Origin: Longimicrobiales bacterium
Lineage (GTDB): Bacteria; Gemmatimonadota; Gemmatimonadetes; Longimicrobiales; Gaopeijiaceae
Length of the DNA stretch: 64,000 nucleotides
Direction: 5' to 3'
Assembly: GCA_963664435.2 (NCBI GenBank)
Contig: CAXXKM010000001.1
Span: 224,001-288,000 of the forward strand
Below the pieces are notes generated by a model. That model saw only the letters and a program-made list of their open reading frames with translations. It ran no database searches and was not told the origin of the DNA. The translations under genes and the position numbers were made by a program. Positions 22,174 to 31,171 of the stretch are shown here, piece by piece; the stretch's first letter is position 1, and each line of letters opens with the position of its first letter.

Positions 22174-23118
22174 ATGAATTCGGACCGATCCAGCTACGGC
22201 GGACATCTGGACGATGACGCCATCCAGGGCCTGCTCGACGCCGCTGAAGGACATGTCGGCGCGGAAACCGAATCCGCCCGCCGGCATCTGGCGGACTGCC
22301 CCGGTTGCCGCGCCCGGGCGGATGCCTGGCAGGAGGTCTTCGGTGAACTCGGCCGACTGCGCCGCTTCGCTCCTCCGGGACGCTTCGCCGAGCGGGTCCT
22401 GTCCGGCATCGACCTCCCGGGCGAGGCCGCGAGTCCGTCCCGGGCGTGGTCGTGGGGCCGGCTGCGCCGCTGGCTGTCCCGAACGGCCGCGGACGCGCAT
22501 CTCTCCGGGCGCCGGCTGCAGGAGCTGGCGGACGGTGCGCTTTCCCGGAAGCGCGCTACCCTGGCGAAGGCCCACGTGGCGACCTGCGTGGCCTGCGAGG
22601 ACAGGCTGGCGGGCTGGCGGCGCCTGATCGCCACGCTCGAAACCCTGCCCTCCCTCGCGCCCGCCGCCGGCTTCGCGGAGAGGGTGATGGCGCGCTGGCA
22701 GGAGATGGCCGAAGAGACCGCCAGCCCGAGCCAGGCTGCGCGAAGGTGGCGACTCTGGCCTCGTTCGCCGCGTGGGTGGGTGCTGGCGGGAACGCTGACC
22801 AGCATGCCCGCCGCCGCGTTCGGCGCAGTGGCGGCTTTCCTCTCGACCGTTCCGCAGCTTACCACCGGCGGCCTCATCACCTATCTGTGGTGGCAGGCTC
22901 GCGACGCCCTGTCGGCGTTCGGAAGCACGCTCCTGGCGGCGGTCGTGCAGAGCGGGGCCGCCTTCCGGGCCTATTCGCTCGCAGACTACCTGATCGCGTC
23001 GCCGGCCGTTGCCGTCGCGGCCGCGGCGGGCTTCACCACGCTGATGCTCGGTTCCATCTGGGTCCTTCACCGCAACATCGACTTCCCCCGTTCCGCGCTT
23101 CGCCATGTTCACAGCTGA
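22174..23118 (+). CDS. Membrane anti-sigma factor with two tandem zf-HC2 (ZAS) domains
   Basis: HLADCPGC and HVATCVAC, each followed by AP..xFAERV; C-terminal TM helices; directly downstream of the ECF sigma gene. Confidence 0.85.
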   Translation: MNSDRSSYGGHLDDDAIQGLLDAAEGHVGAETESARRHLADCPGCRARADAWQEVFGELGRLRRFAPPGRFAERVLSGIDLPGEAASPSRAWSWGRLRRWLSRTAADAHLSGRRLQELADGALSRKRATLAKAHVATCVACEDRLAGWRRLIATLETLPSLAPAAGFAERVMARWQEMAEETASPSQAARRWRLWPRSPRGWVLAGTLTSMPAAAFGAVAAFLSTVPQLTTGGLITYLWWQARDALSAFGSTLLAAVVQSGAAFRAYSLADYLIASPAVAVAAAAGFTTLMLGSIWVLHRNIDFPRSALRHVHS

Positions 23119-24718
23119 CCCCTCCGGCCCCGCCGGCCTGACTCCACTGTTCGGCGCGGTGCTCGCGCTGTCGGCGGCGGGCGCGGCGCAGCCCACCGGC
23201 GCGCAGGAGCGGCAGGTGGTATCGAACCGCGTCACCGTGTCGGATGCCGATGCCACCCTGTCGCTCGAATTCGACTCCGGCCCGGCCTTCGAGATTTCAT
23301 TCCAGAACGGTGAAGTCCGGGTCGACGGCGAGGAGATCGGGAGCTACCAGGCCAGCGGGGAACTCGAAGCCTCGTGGCGGTCTCTGCTCTCCGAAGTCGT
23401 TCCGCTGGACGACGAACCACTCGCGGCGGCGCTGCTCGCATGGGAGCCCGGAGCACAGTTGACCGGCGATGCGCGAGCGGTCGCCGAGCGTGTCGACCGG
23501 GCGCTTCAGGAGGCGCTCGCCGGTCCCCTGCCGGGCAGCGGTGCGATCCCCGGGGTTTCCGGAAGCGCAGAGGTGGGAGGCATGGCTCCGGCCCTGGTTC
23601 CCCCGCTGCTGCGCCTTCTTTTGCAACGGGGCCGAGTGCTGGAAGAGGCGCTGGAGGACGTGGATCTGACGGAGTTTTCGCTTCATCTGGGCGAGGACGT
23701 GACCGTTGACGAAGGCAGCGAAATCGACGGAGCCCTGCTCGTGGTGGAGGGCGACGCCACCATTTCCGGGGAAGTCCCCGGCGACGTGGTCGTGGTCGCG
23801 GGAACGCTGCGCATCGAAGGTGACGCGGTCATCCGGGGAGAGGTCCGTGTGATCGACGGGCAGCTCGAGCGCGAAGGGGGAACGGTGGAGGGCAACATCT
23901 TCACCGTGGACGCGGGCGACGTCGCCGCAACAGAAGGAATGGCGGACGCGGAGGCTTCCGGGGGCGAAGAGCGCAATCCGCCCTCCCGTCAGGCCGAAGT
24001 CCGCGCCCGGCCCTTCCGCAACGTCACATCAGGCCTGAGCGGCCTCTTCGGGGACGTCTTCTGGCTCGCGGTCATCCTGGCCGTGGGGACTGCGGTCGTC
24101 CACTTCGCCGGAGACCGGCTGCAGAACGTGGCCGACGTGGTGAGAACTGCTCCGGGACGGGCGGCGCTGGTCGGGCTGGCGGGCGGCTTCCTCCTGCTGC
24201 CGGTGTGGGTTCTGGGCGGCCTCGCCCTCCTGGTGTCGATCATCGGCATCCCCCTGCTGATCGCCTGGCTGCCCCTCTTCCCCCTGGCCGCGCTCCTGGC
24301 CAACGGACTGGGGTACCTGGCCGTCGCGAGCGTCGTAGGCGAGTGGCTGGCGCGCAAGGGCGTCCCGGCCCTGGAGCGCTTCCGGCCTTCGAACCAGTTG
24401 CATGTGTTGGCCGTCGGTCTGGCGGCGCTCGTTCTCCCCTCCGCCTTCTCGCATGTGGCGGAGATGGGGGGGCCGTCGCTCGGCTCGTTCCTGAGCGGCC
24501 TGTTCACCCTCGTCGCGGTGGCCACCGCGATGATCGCGCTGATGCTCGGCTTCGGCGCCGTGCTGCTCACCGGGGCGGGCCGTACTTCCGATCCGGGCAG
24601 GATGGCAGCCACCTACGGCGGAGGGATCAGGGCAACGCGGGCGTGGACCCGGAGGCGTGCGCGACGAGGGTCGCGCAAGGAGCCGGAGCACCCTGACGAA
24701 GGAGACACCGGTGACTAG
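23105..24718 (+). CDS. Membrane protein with a bactofilin-like beta-helix and C-terminal TM bundle
   Basis: Signal peptide; I/V-x-G-D/E-V repeats (IDGALLVVEGDATISGEVPGDVVVVAGTLRIEGDAVIRGEV); about 5 TM helices including LLVSIIGIPL. Confidence 0.75.
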   Translation: MFTADPSGPAGLTPLFGAVLALSAAGAAQPTGAQERQVVSNRVTVSDADATLSLEFDSGPAFEISFQNGEVRVDGEEIGSYQASGELEASWRSLLSEVVPLDDEPLAAALLAWEPGAQLTGDARAVAERVDRALQEALAGPLPGSGAIPGVSGSAEVGGMAPALVPPLLRLLLQRGRVLEEALEDVDLTEFSLHLGEDVTVDEGSEIDGALLVVEGDATISGEVPGDVVVVAGTLRIEGDAVIRGEVRVIDGQLEREGGTVEGNIFTVDAGDVAATEGMADAEASGGEERNPPSRQAEVRARPFRNVTSGLSGLFGDVFWLAVILAVGTAVVHFAGDRLQNVADVVRTAPGRAALVGLAGGFLLLPVWVLGGLALLVSIIGIPLLIAWLPLFPLAALLANGLGYLAVASVVGEWLARKGVPALERFRPSNQLHVLAVGLAALVLPSAFSHVAEMGGPSLGSFLSGLFTLVAVATAMIALMLGFGAVLLTGAGRTSDPGRMAATYGGGIRATRAWTRRRARRGSRKEPEHPDEGDTGD

Positions 24719-25574
24719 GATTCCGTGGACAAATCCCCGCACGGGGCTGATCTGCGCCGCCGTCGGAGGGCTGGCCTGCACTGCTTCCGGCCTCTCCGCA
24801 CAGGACTGGAGCACGGTGACCGCGTCGCGCCAGCTGGGCGACGAGCGCGAGATCCATATCCACCTGGAGTATGGGGCGGGCGTCCTCAACCTGCGGCCGG
24901 GGGAGCCGGGCAGCCTGTACCGGATGGAACTGCGGTACGATCAGGACGTCATCGAGCCCCGGACCCACTACGCGGACGGAATCCTCGAGATCGGCATGGA
25001 CCGCATCGGCAGAGGCATCCGGATCGGCTCGCGCGACGGATCGGGACAATTGGACCTGGAAGTCTCCCGGGAGGTGCCCCTGTCCCTGGATCTCGAGTTC
25101 GGGGCAGCGCGCGCGAACCTGGATCTGGGCGGCCTGCCGATTCGGGAGCTGCATGTCGCGACCGGGGCATCCGATACGCGAATCGAGGTGTCGGCGCCCA
25201 ACCCCGTGCAGCTGGAACTGGCCTCCTTCGAGGCGGGCGCGGCAAACCTCGTCGCCTCCGGACTGGGCAACCTCAACGCCGAGCGCATCCGCCTGGAGGC
25301 GAAGGCGGGCAAGGCCACCCTCGACTTCGGCGGTCAATGGCAGCGCGACGCCGAGGTGGACCTCGCCCTCGATCTGGGCGCGGTGGAACTTCGGTTTCCG
25401 CGGGGCCTCGGCGTGAAGCTGGTGGTGGATGCCCTGCTGACATCCGTGGATGCCCAGGAAATGTTCAGGCGCGGCGACAGCTACTTCTCGGCGGACTGGG
25501 ACAGCGCCGAGACGCGGCTTACGGTGGACATCGACGCGCACATCGGTGCGATCGACGTGGTATGGACCCGATGA
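24711..25574 (+). CDS. Secreted beta-rich protein (LiaF/LiaG/DUF4097 'toast-rack'-like)
   Basis: GTG start after AAGGAG; signal peptide; repeating L-x-L-x-x-GA units. Confidence 0.7.
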   Translation: MTRIPWTNPRTGLICAAVGGLACTASGLSAQDWSTVTASRQLGDEREIHIHLEYGAGVLNLRPGEPGSLYRMELRYDQDVIEPRTHYADGILEIGMDRIGRGIRIGSRDGSGQLDLEVSREVPLSLDLEFGAARANLDLGGLPIRELHVATGASDTRIEVSAPNPVQLELASFEAGAANLVASGLGNLNAERIRLEAKAGKATLDFGGQWQRDAEVDLALDLGAVELRFPRGLGVKLVVDALLTSVDAQEMFRRGDSYFSADWDSAETRLTVDIDAHIGAIDVVWTR

Positions 25575-25623
25575 TGGACCTCACGCTCAGGATTCGGACG
25601 ACAGTCCCGGGGAGAAGCCCGAC

Positions 25624-25854
25624 ATGATCAGCGCCCTGCTTACCCTGTTCGCCATCGGCCTGGTTACGCTGCTGGTCGTTGGAGTCCTGCTCGCGGTGGC
25701 GGGCACGGTGTTTTCCATCGGGTTCGGCCTGGCCAGCTTCCTGCTGTTCAAGGTCGCCCCGATCGCACTCCTCGGGTACGTCGTGCTCAGGCTGATCGCG
25801 CCCCGCAAGCGCAAGGAACTGAGCGAGGCCGACCACAAATGGCTGGAAGGGTAG
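25624..25854 (+). CDS. Small two-TM membrane protein
   Basis: MISALLTLFAIGLVTLLVVG...ELSEADHKWLEG; last gene of the ECF operon. Confidence 0.75.
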   Translation: MISALLTLFAIGLVTLLVVGVLLAVAGTVFSIGFGLASFLLFKVAPIALLGYVVLRLIAPRKRKELSEADHKWLEG

Positions 25855-25860
25855 CCCGGT

Positions 25861-26085
25861 TCAGCCGGATCGCCCTGCCCGCGGTCGCCAGGCGATAGCC
25901 TGCTCGACCTCGGCCATCAGATCAGGGTCGGTGAACTCCCCCACCGGAGAGGTACCCACGAGATCGAGGTCGACGCCGTGCGCGAGAAGCGGCGCAAGCG
26001 CCTCGGGATAGTCCCGCACCATCACGTGGGCGGGCATCCGCCGGATCCGATCCCGGCCCACGCGCGGTAGCGGCGACCACCTCAA
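25861..26085 (-). CDS. Small protein, DUF542/ScdA_N-like but lacking the Cys pair
   Basis: HVMVRDYPEALAPLLAHGVDL; TTGA overlap with the mrp stop; start uncertain. Confidence 0.5.
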   Translation of the reverse strand: MRWSPLPRVGRDRIRRMPAHVMVRDYPEALAPLLAHGVDLDLVGTSPVGEFTDPDLMAEVEQAIAWRPRAGRSG

Positions 26086-27239
26086 GCGGGCCCCTCGCGC
26101 AACGCCACAACCACCTGGTCGCAGATTCGGTTCAACGCCTGCGCAACCGCTGAATCCGGCCGGCCCACCACCGTGGGCAGCCCGTCGTCGCCGGAGCGCC
26201 TGACCGCGGGGTCCAGGGGAACGGCGCCCAGGAAGGGGACGCCCTGCTCCTTCGCCAGAGCCTCCCCACCGCCCGTGCCGAACACGTCCACCGGTTCGCC
26301 GCAGTGCGGGCACGCCATCCCGCTCATGTTCTCGATGACGCCGATGATCCGGGTGTTGACGCGCTCGAACATCTTGATGCCGCGCCGGACATCGGTGGTG
26401 GCCACTCCCTGCGGGGTTGTGACCATGACGGCCCCGTCGAGGTTGACGCTCTGCACCAGCGACAGCTGAGCATCGCCGGTCCCGGGGGGCATGTCGACCA
26501 GCATGACATCCAGAGCGCCCCAGCGCACCTGCTCCAGGAACTGCTTCAGGACGCCCGCGATCAGCGGGCCGCGCATGATCGCCGGCTGTTCCTCGGCGAG
26601 CAGGAAGCCGAGGCTCATGAGCTTGACGCCGTGGGCATGGAGCGGCTCGATCATCTCCTTGCCCTTGGCGCCGGATACGCTGGGCCGGCGGTGTTCGCCG
26701 AACATGACGGGGATGTTGGGGCCGTAGATGTCGGCGTCGAGGAGCCCGACCCGCAGGCGGCGGCGAGCGAGCGCGGCGGCGAGATTGGTGGTGACCATCG
26801 ACTTGCCCACGCCTCCCTTGCCGGAACTCACTGCAACCACGTAGCGGGTGTCGGCGAGGACGCCGGGCTGGGGGGTGGGAGCGGGCACGGAGCCCGGGAC
26901 AAGGCGGGACGACCCCGACGGTGCGGCAGGCGGCGCCGGCGAGCCTGCGGCCGCCGGGGAACTCGCGGGAGCGGGCTGGCGGGAGGGGGCGCTTTTCGGG
27001 AGCTGGACGTTGACCCGCACGCCCGAGACCCCGCGCACGGCTCCGGCGGCGGTACGGGCGGACTTCACAAGCGAACCGGGATCGTCGCCCTTGAGATGGA
27101 AGGCGAAGCGTACCAGCCCGTCCTTATCGATCTCGAGCTGCTGAACGTGTCCGCTGGAGACAATGTCGCGACCGCTGGCCGGGTGTCGCACCCCGGACAG
27201 GGCGTTCGTTACCGCATCAATGAGAGTTTGCTGGGACAT
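26082..27239 (-). CDS. mrp: Mrp/NBP35 (ApbC) Fe-S cluster carrier ATPase
   Basis: N-terminal DUF59-like domain, SGKGGVGKS, LDADIYGP, DMPPGTGDAQL, ENMS..CPHC. Confidence 0.95.
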   Translation of the reverse strand: MSQQTLIDAVTNALSGVRHPASGRDIVSSGHVQQLEIDKDGLVRFAFHLKGDDPGSLVKSARTAAGAVRGVSGVRVNVQLPKSAPSRQPAPASSPAAAGSPAPPAAPSGSSRLVPGSVPAPTPQPGVLADTRYVVAVSSGKGGVGKSMVTTNLAAALARRRLRVGLLDADIYGPNIPVMFGEHRRPSVSGAKGKEMIEPLHAHGVKLMSLGFLLAEEQPAIMRGPLIAGVLKQFLEQVRWGALDVMLVDMPPGTGDAQLSLVQSVNLDGAVMVTTPQGVATTDVRRGIKMFERVNTRIIGVIENMSGMACPHCGEPVDVFGTGGGEALAKEQGVPFLGAVPLDPAVRRSGDDGLPTVVGRPDSAVAQALNRICDQVVVALREGPA

Positions 27240-27287
27240 GCCCCGCTCAGGTCGAAGTGCAGGTGGGATGTGGAAGTGCCCGTGGAA

Positions 27288-27518
27288 TCAGACGGCGGCT
27301 ACTCTGGTAACCCCCGGAACCTGGTCCTTCAGGCGCCGTTCGATGCCTTCCCTGAGGGTGAGCATGGAGATCGGGCAAGACTCGCACGCACCCATCAGGC
27401 GCACCATGACAACGCCTTCCACCTCGTCGTAGTCGATCAACTCGACGTCGCCCCCGTCCTGGTGGATCGCGGGTCTCACGGTCTCGAGGACCTCCTCGAT
27501 CTTCTCCGTCGCCAGCAT
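27288..27518 (-). CDS. NifU-C / Nfu domain protein
   Basis: VRPAIHQDGGDVEL, GACESCPISMLTLREGIE. Confidence 0.92.
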   Translation of the reverse strand: MLATEKIEEVLETVRPAIHQDGGDVELIDYDEVEGVVMVRLMGACESCPISMLTLREGIERRLKDQVPGVTRVAAV

Positions 27519-27590
27519 GATTCGTTGCTCTCCTCGCTCATCCGTGCGCGCTCCCGACCCTGAACGCACACGGACTCCGAAATCGCTCGA

Positions 27591-27620
27591 AGTTTAGGCA
27601 GCGCGCGATGGCGGGGTCAA
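27591..27620 (-). promoter_or_regulatory. Candidate sigma70 promoter for nfu-mrp
   Basis: TTGACC-N18-TAAACT on the minus strand. Confidence 0.5.
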
Positions 27621-28552
27621 CCTTGCTGCCGGTCGGGGTCCGACCGCGACCGCTGATGGAACGCCCACAGTACGGCGGCTGGAATCACCTCCGCGGCGGT
27701 CATCCAGAGCCGGGCGGCGATGGCGAGCACGGTGGCCGGGCCGCTCCCCAGTGCCGGCGCGAGCAAGGCAACCAGAAACCCTTCGCGAACGCCGACGCCT
27801 GCCGGGGCGAAGAGCATCAGGTAGCCCGCCACGTACGCCGCCGCAAAGGCCGACCCGGCGTGCACGGGCGACAGTTCCATACCCAGGCTCGCGGCAAAGA
27901 TCCAGAAGGATGCGCCCATGGCCACCCAGACCCCCGCCATCTGCAGCAGCCAGCGCAGCACGTGTGCGCTGGTCAGGTTCGCGGGCGGGCTCGTCCTGAC
28001 GATGCGGAACCACAGGGCCACCGCCGCGTGGAACAGGGAGGGAACGGCAAGCACGAGCAGCAGCAGGCCGGCCGCCACGCCGGCGCCGACCAGTCCCCAG
28101 CGCGGAATCGGCCCGGATCCCCCGGCGAACGCGCCCAGCCCGAGTGCGCCGGCGGCCAGCAGCCCCACGCCCTGCACCATCACGGCAGAGGTGGCCGAGA
28201 CGGCCACGGGGACCCCCTGCCCTTTCGCGAGCGCGGCCATCCCGGCGATCGACCAGATCTTGCCGGGCACATACCGGCCCATATTGGAGATCATGAAGAT
28301 GCTCACCGCGTCGCCCGGGGACATCCGCGGTCCACCCAGGCCGGTCACCACCCCGCCCCAGATCAGTCCGCTGAGCGCGTAGGTGGCCAGCAGGAGCAGC
28401 GTCGCGGCAACGAGCGGGATCGTCCGCGGACGGGCGAGCGCGTCCTGCCATGCCCTCAGTTCGGCCAGGCTCAGCCCCACCCGATCGAGGATGAACCAGG
28501 TGACGATGACCGTGAGGGCGACGCGCGCCGCCAGGGAAAGCCACTTCTTCAG
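27617..28552 (-). CDS. Lysylphosphatidylglycerol-synthase TM / flippase-like membrane protein (probable CTG start)
   Basis: SNMGRYVPGKIW, FAPAGVGVREG; multiple TM segments; CTGA overlap with the upstream stop. Confidence 0.8.
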   Translation of the reverse strand: MKKWLSLAARVALTVIVTWFILDRVGLSLAELRAWQDALARPRTIPLVAATLLLLATYALSGLIWGGVVTGLGGPRMSPGDAVSIFMISNMGRYVPGKIWSIAGMAALAKGQGVPVAVSATSAVMVQGVGLLAAGALGLGAFAGGSGPIPRWGLVGAGVAAGLLLLVLAVPSLFHAAVALWFRIVRTSPPANLTSAHVLRWLLQMAGVWVAMGASFWIFAASLGMELSPVHAGSAFAAAYVAGYLMLFAPAGVGVREGFLVALLAPALGSGPATVLAIAARLWMTAAEVIPAAVLWAFHQRSRSDPDRQQG

Positions 28553-31125
28553 GGCCTGGCACTCCGTGTCGCGCGGCGCGCCGACCAGATCCGCACCGCG
28601 TTCGCCGCGAGCAGTCCGGCCAGGATGATGAAGCCGAGCCAGAAGCTGCGCGCCACCACGTCGGACCGGTACCACAACTCGACCTCGGACGCCCCGGCCG
28701 GCACGGGAACGGCGCGCAGGGTGTGGTAGGCGCGCAGCACGGGGACGTCGCTGCCGTCCACCCGGGCATGCCACGCGGGATACCAGTTGTCCGCTATGGC
28801 GAGCAGCGCCGGCGCGGAAGAGCGTACCGCGAGCCTCATGCGGTCGGGCCCGCGCTCCAGCCAGTCGACCGCTCCGGCAACGGGGGCTCCCGGCAGGCCG
28901 GTGGGCGGCGGCTCCGCCAGGACCACTTCCGCTGCGGGGTCGAATTCGGGAGAGAGCATGTACGGCACCGCCTCGTCGTCGGACTTGACGACGGCGCTTC
29001 CCACGAGGCGCGCGCGCGGAAGGCCGGCCTCCTCGAAGACGGTCTCGTAGGCGCGGCCATCGGGCAGCTGGGTCCGGCTGAAGACGTTCCCCTGCGGCGA
29101 ACTCCCCGTCTGCAGGTCGGGCCACAGCAGGTAGCGCACGTTGAGCAGCCTGCGGATGTTGCCGTTGCCGTAGAGGTTCACCGGCTGTCCCGAGCCGACC
29201 ATGCCGATGAGATCGCGGTAACGGGCCAGGTCGTTGGGATGGTGTCCGCCCGCGAGCTCGATTCCGTGCAGCGCGGGCATGAGGTCCTGGCCGGCGTTTC
29301 GGAACGACAGCATGCGATAGGGCTCCGAGCTGCCGGCTTCGCGGTCCAGCACTGCCTGAATGTTCGCATCCGGGGCCGCCCAGCGGTCGAAGTCGATGGT
29401 CTGGATGAACACCCTGTCGATGCGGTAGGCGTCGAGCACGACCAGGGCGACGAGCGCGGCCAGCACGATCCCCGGCGCGAGGTACCCCTTGCGCACCGCC
29501 CACACCAGCCCCGACAGGGCACCGGCCAGGAAGACGGCGATCCACGCGCCGGTCCCGATATGGGGCAGGGCGGCCGCGAGCGCCTGGCGCCTGGCCTCCG
29601 TGATCCCCGGATACATGACGGAGGTCCACAGAGACGTCAGCGCGCCCGCGGCGGCGAGCAGCGCGATGGCGGCCAGCGCCGCGGTCGCGATCAGGACCAC
29701 CCGCTGGACCCGCCGTCCCGGCTCGGGGTCGCGCACGCAGGCGAAGATGCGGTCCACCCCCAGGGCGGCCAGCGTCGCCGCGCCGAAGGCAAGCAGGTAG
29801 GCCGCCTGCGAGGGAGCCCGGAAAAGGCTTATCCCCGGCAGGACTTCGTAGGTGATGCGCCAGACGGGGGTATTGGCGCCCAGCGCGAAGAGAACGGCAA
29901 CTCCCGCCAATCCCGCAAAGAACCAGCGCAGCCCGCGCAGGGGTCCGCCCGCGAATGAGATCGCGGCCAGCAGAAGCAGCACCAGGCCCGCGTATTCGTG
30001 GTTGTGCTTGAACGGGTTGCGGCCCCAGTAGGTGTTGTCCGCCCAGCTTCCCGTACCGCCGATGTTGGCCCCCGAGAATTCGGGGATGACGAGGGAGAAC
30101 GCTTCCTCCGGGTGCAGCGACCACGAACTGGACCACTCGAGGGCCGCCTGCTCATCGAGTGCTTCGGAGGTCGCGGTGCGCCGGGAATCGGCGGTCACAT
30201 ATTCGAGGGCCGGCAGGAGCTGGCCGCCGGCGATGAGTGCGCCCGCGATCGAAGCCGCGAGAAACAGGCCGAACCGCGAGGCCGCCCGCGCGCGCCGGCC
30301 GGGGCGCGGGTCGGCGCCGCTTGCGTTCCCGGCGCTGTCGTCGGCTGGAGGTACGGCTTCCGGGCCGGACCCGCGCAGGATCTGAATGCTGCGGAAAATC
30401 GCGAACAGCCCGGTGGCGCCGAACAGGAAGTACGCCGTCTGGAAGTGCGGCGTCAGGATTACGGACGCGATGACGAGGGCCAGCCACGTGAACGACTTGA
30501 GACCGGGACGCAGGAAATGGCGCTCCGTCGCCCAGAACAGGAGCGGGGCCAGCGCGGTGACGAACATCTTGCCGTCGTGGCCCGCAAACACGAGCCCGAC
30601 GAAGACCGGGGCGAGCATGTAGCCGGTCCCCGCAACCAGCGCCGCGGCGCGGGAGACCCCCAGCGCGCGCACCCAGAGGAACATGAAGAAGCCCGCCGCC
30701 GCCACGTGAACGACGAGCTTCCATCCGAGCGCCCGGTAGGGTTCCACGAGGATGAGCAGCAGGAGAGAAGGCGGGTAGAACGAATCGCCCGCGCTGAGGG
30801 CTTCCACGAAGGGCGTCCCACCGAGGAACTGCGGGACCCAGCCCGGGATGCGCCCGAGCTCCGCCAGCGCGGTGGCGTAGACGGCGCGGGCCACGTAGCC
30901 GCCCGAGAGCGTGTCGCTCCCGTAGAGCATGGCGTCGCTGAAGACGAACGCGCGGAACAGGAAGACGGTGAGGCCGAGGAAGAGCGCCCACGGAAGCCAT
31001 CCGGGGATGGCGGGAGCGCCGGCGGAGGCAAGCGGAGCGCGCGAAGATGCGCTCCTGCCCGCAGGGGTTGTCTCCACGCGCGGCTTTCGCGACCGCCTGC
31101 GGCTGCCTCGTCGCTTCGCGTTCAT
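28549..31125 (-). CDS. YfhO-family membrane protein (GT-C-like glycosyltransferase)
   Basis: PGWVPQFLGGTPF..FYPP, many TM segments, FRAP, C-terminal DNWYPAWHARVDG...AVPVPAG; alternative start at 31206. Confidence 0.85.
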   Translation of the reverse strand: MNAKRRGSRRRSRKPRVETTPAGRSASSRAPLASAGAPAIPGWLPWALFLGLTVFLFRAFVFSDAMLYGSDTLSGGYVARAVYATALAELGRIPGWVPQFLGGTPFVEALSAGDSFYPPSLLLLILVEPYRALGWKLVVHVAAAGFFMFLWVRALGVSRAAALVAGTGYMLAPVFVGLVFAGHDGKMFVTALAPLLFWATERHFLRPGLKSFTWLALVIASVILTPHFQTAYFLFGATGLFAIFRSIQILRGSGPEAVPPADDSAGNASGADPRPGRRARAASRFGLFLAASIAGALIAGGQLLPALEYVTADSRRTATSEALDEQAALEWSSSWSLHPEEAFSLVIPEFSGANIGGTGSWADNTYWGRNPFKHNHEYAGLVLLLLAAISFAGGPLRGLRWFFAGLAGVAVLFALGANTPVWRITYEVLPGISLFRAPSQAAYLLAFGAATLAALGVDRIFACVRDPEPGRRVQRVVLIATAALAAIALLAAAGALTSLWTSVMYPGITEARRQALAAALPHIGTGAWIAVFLAGALSGLVWAVRKGYLAPGIVLAALVALVVLDAYRIDRVFIQTIDFDRWAAPDANIQAVLDREAGSSEPYRMLSFRNAGQDLMPALHGIELAGGHHPNDLARYRDLIGMVGSGQPVNLYGNGNIRRLLNVRYLLWPDLQTGSSPQGNVFSRTQLPDGRAYETVFEEAGLPRARLVGSAVVKSDDEAVPYMLSPEFDPAAEVVLAEPPPTGLPGAPVAGAVDWLERGPDRMRLAVRSSAPALLAIADNWYPAWHARVDGSDVPVLRAYHTLRAVPVPAGASEVELWYRSDVVARSFWLGFIILAGLLAANAVRIWSARRATRSARP

Positions 31126-31171
31126 CGATCTCGCTCCACCGTTCGGCTTCCCTTCCGCCCGCGCATGCCGC

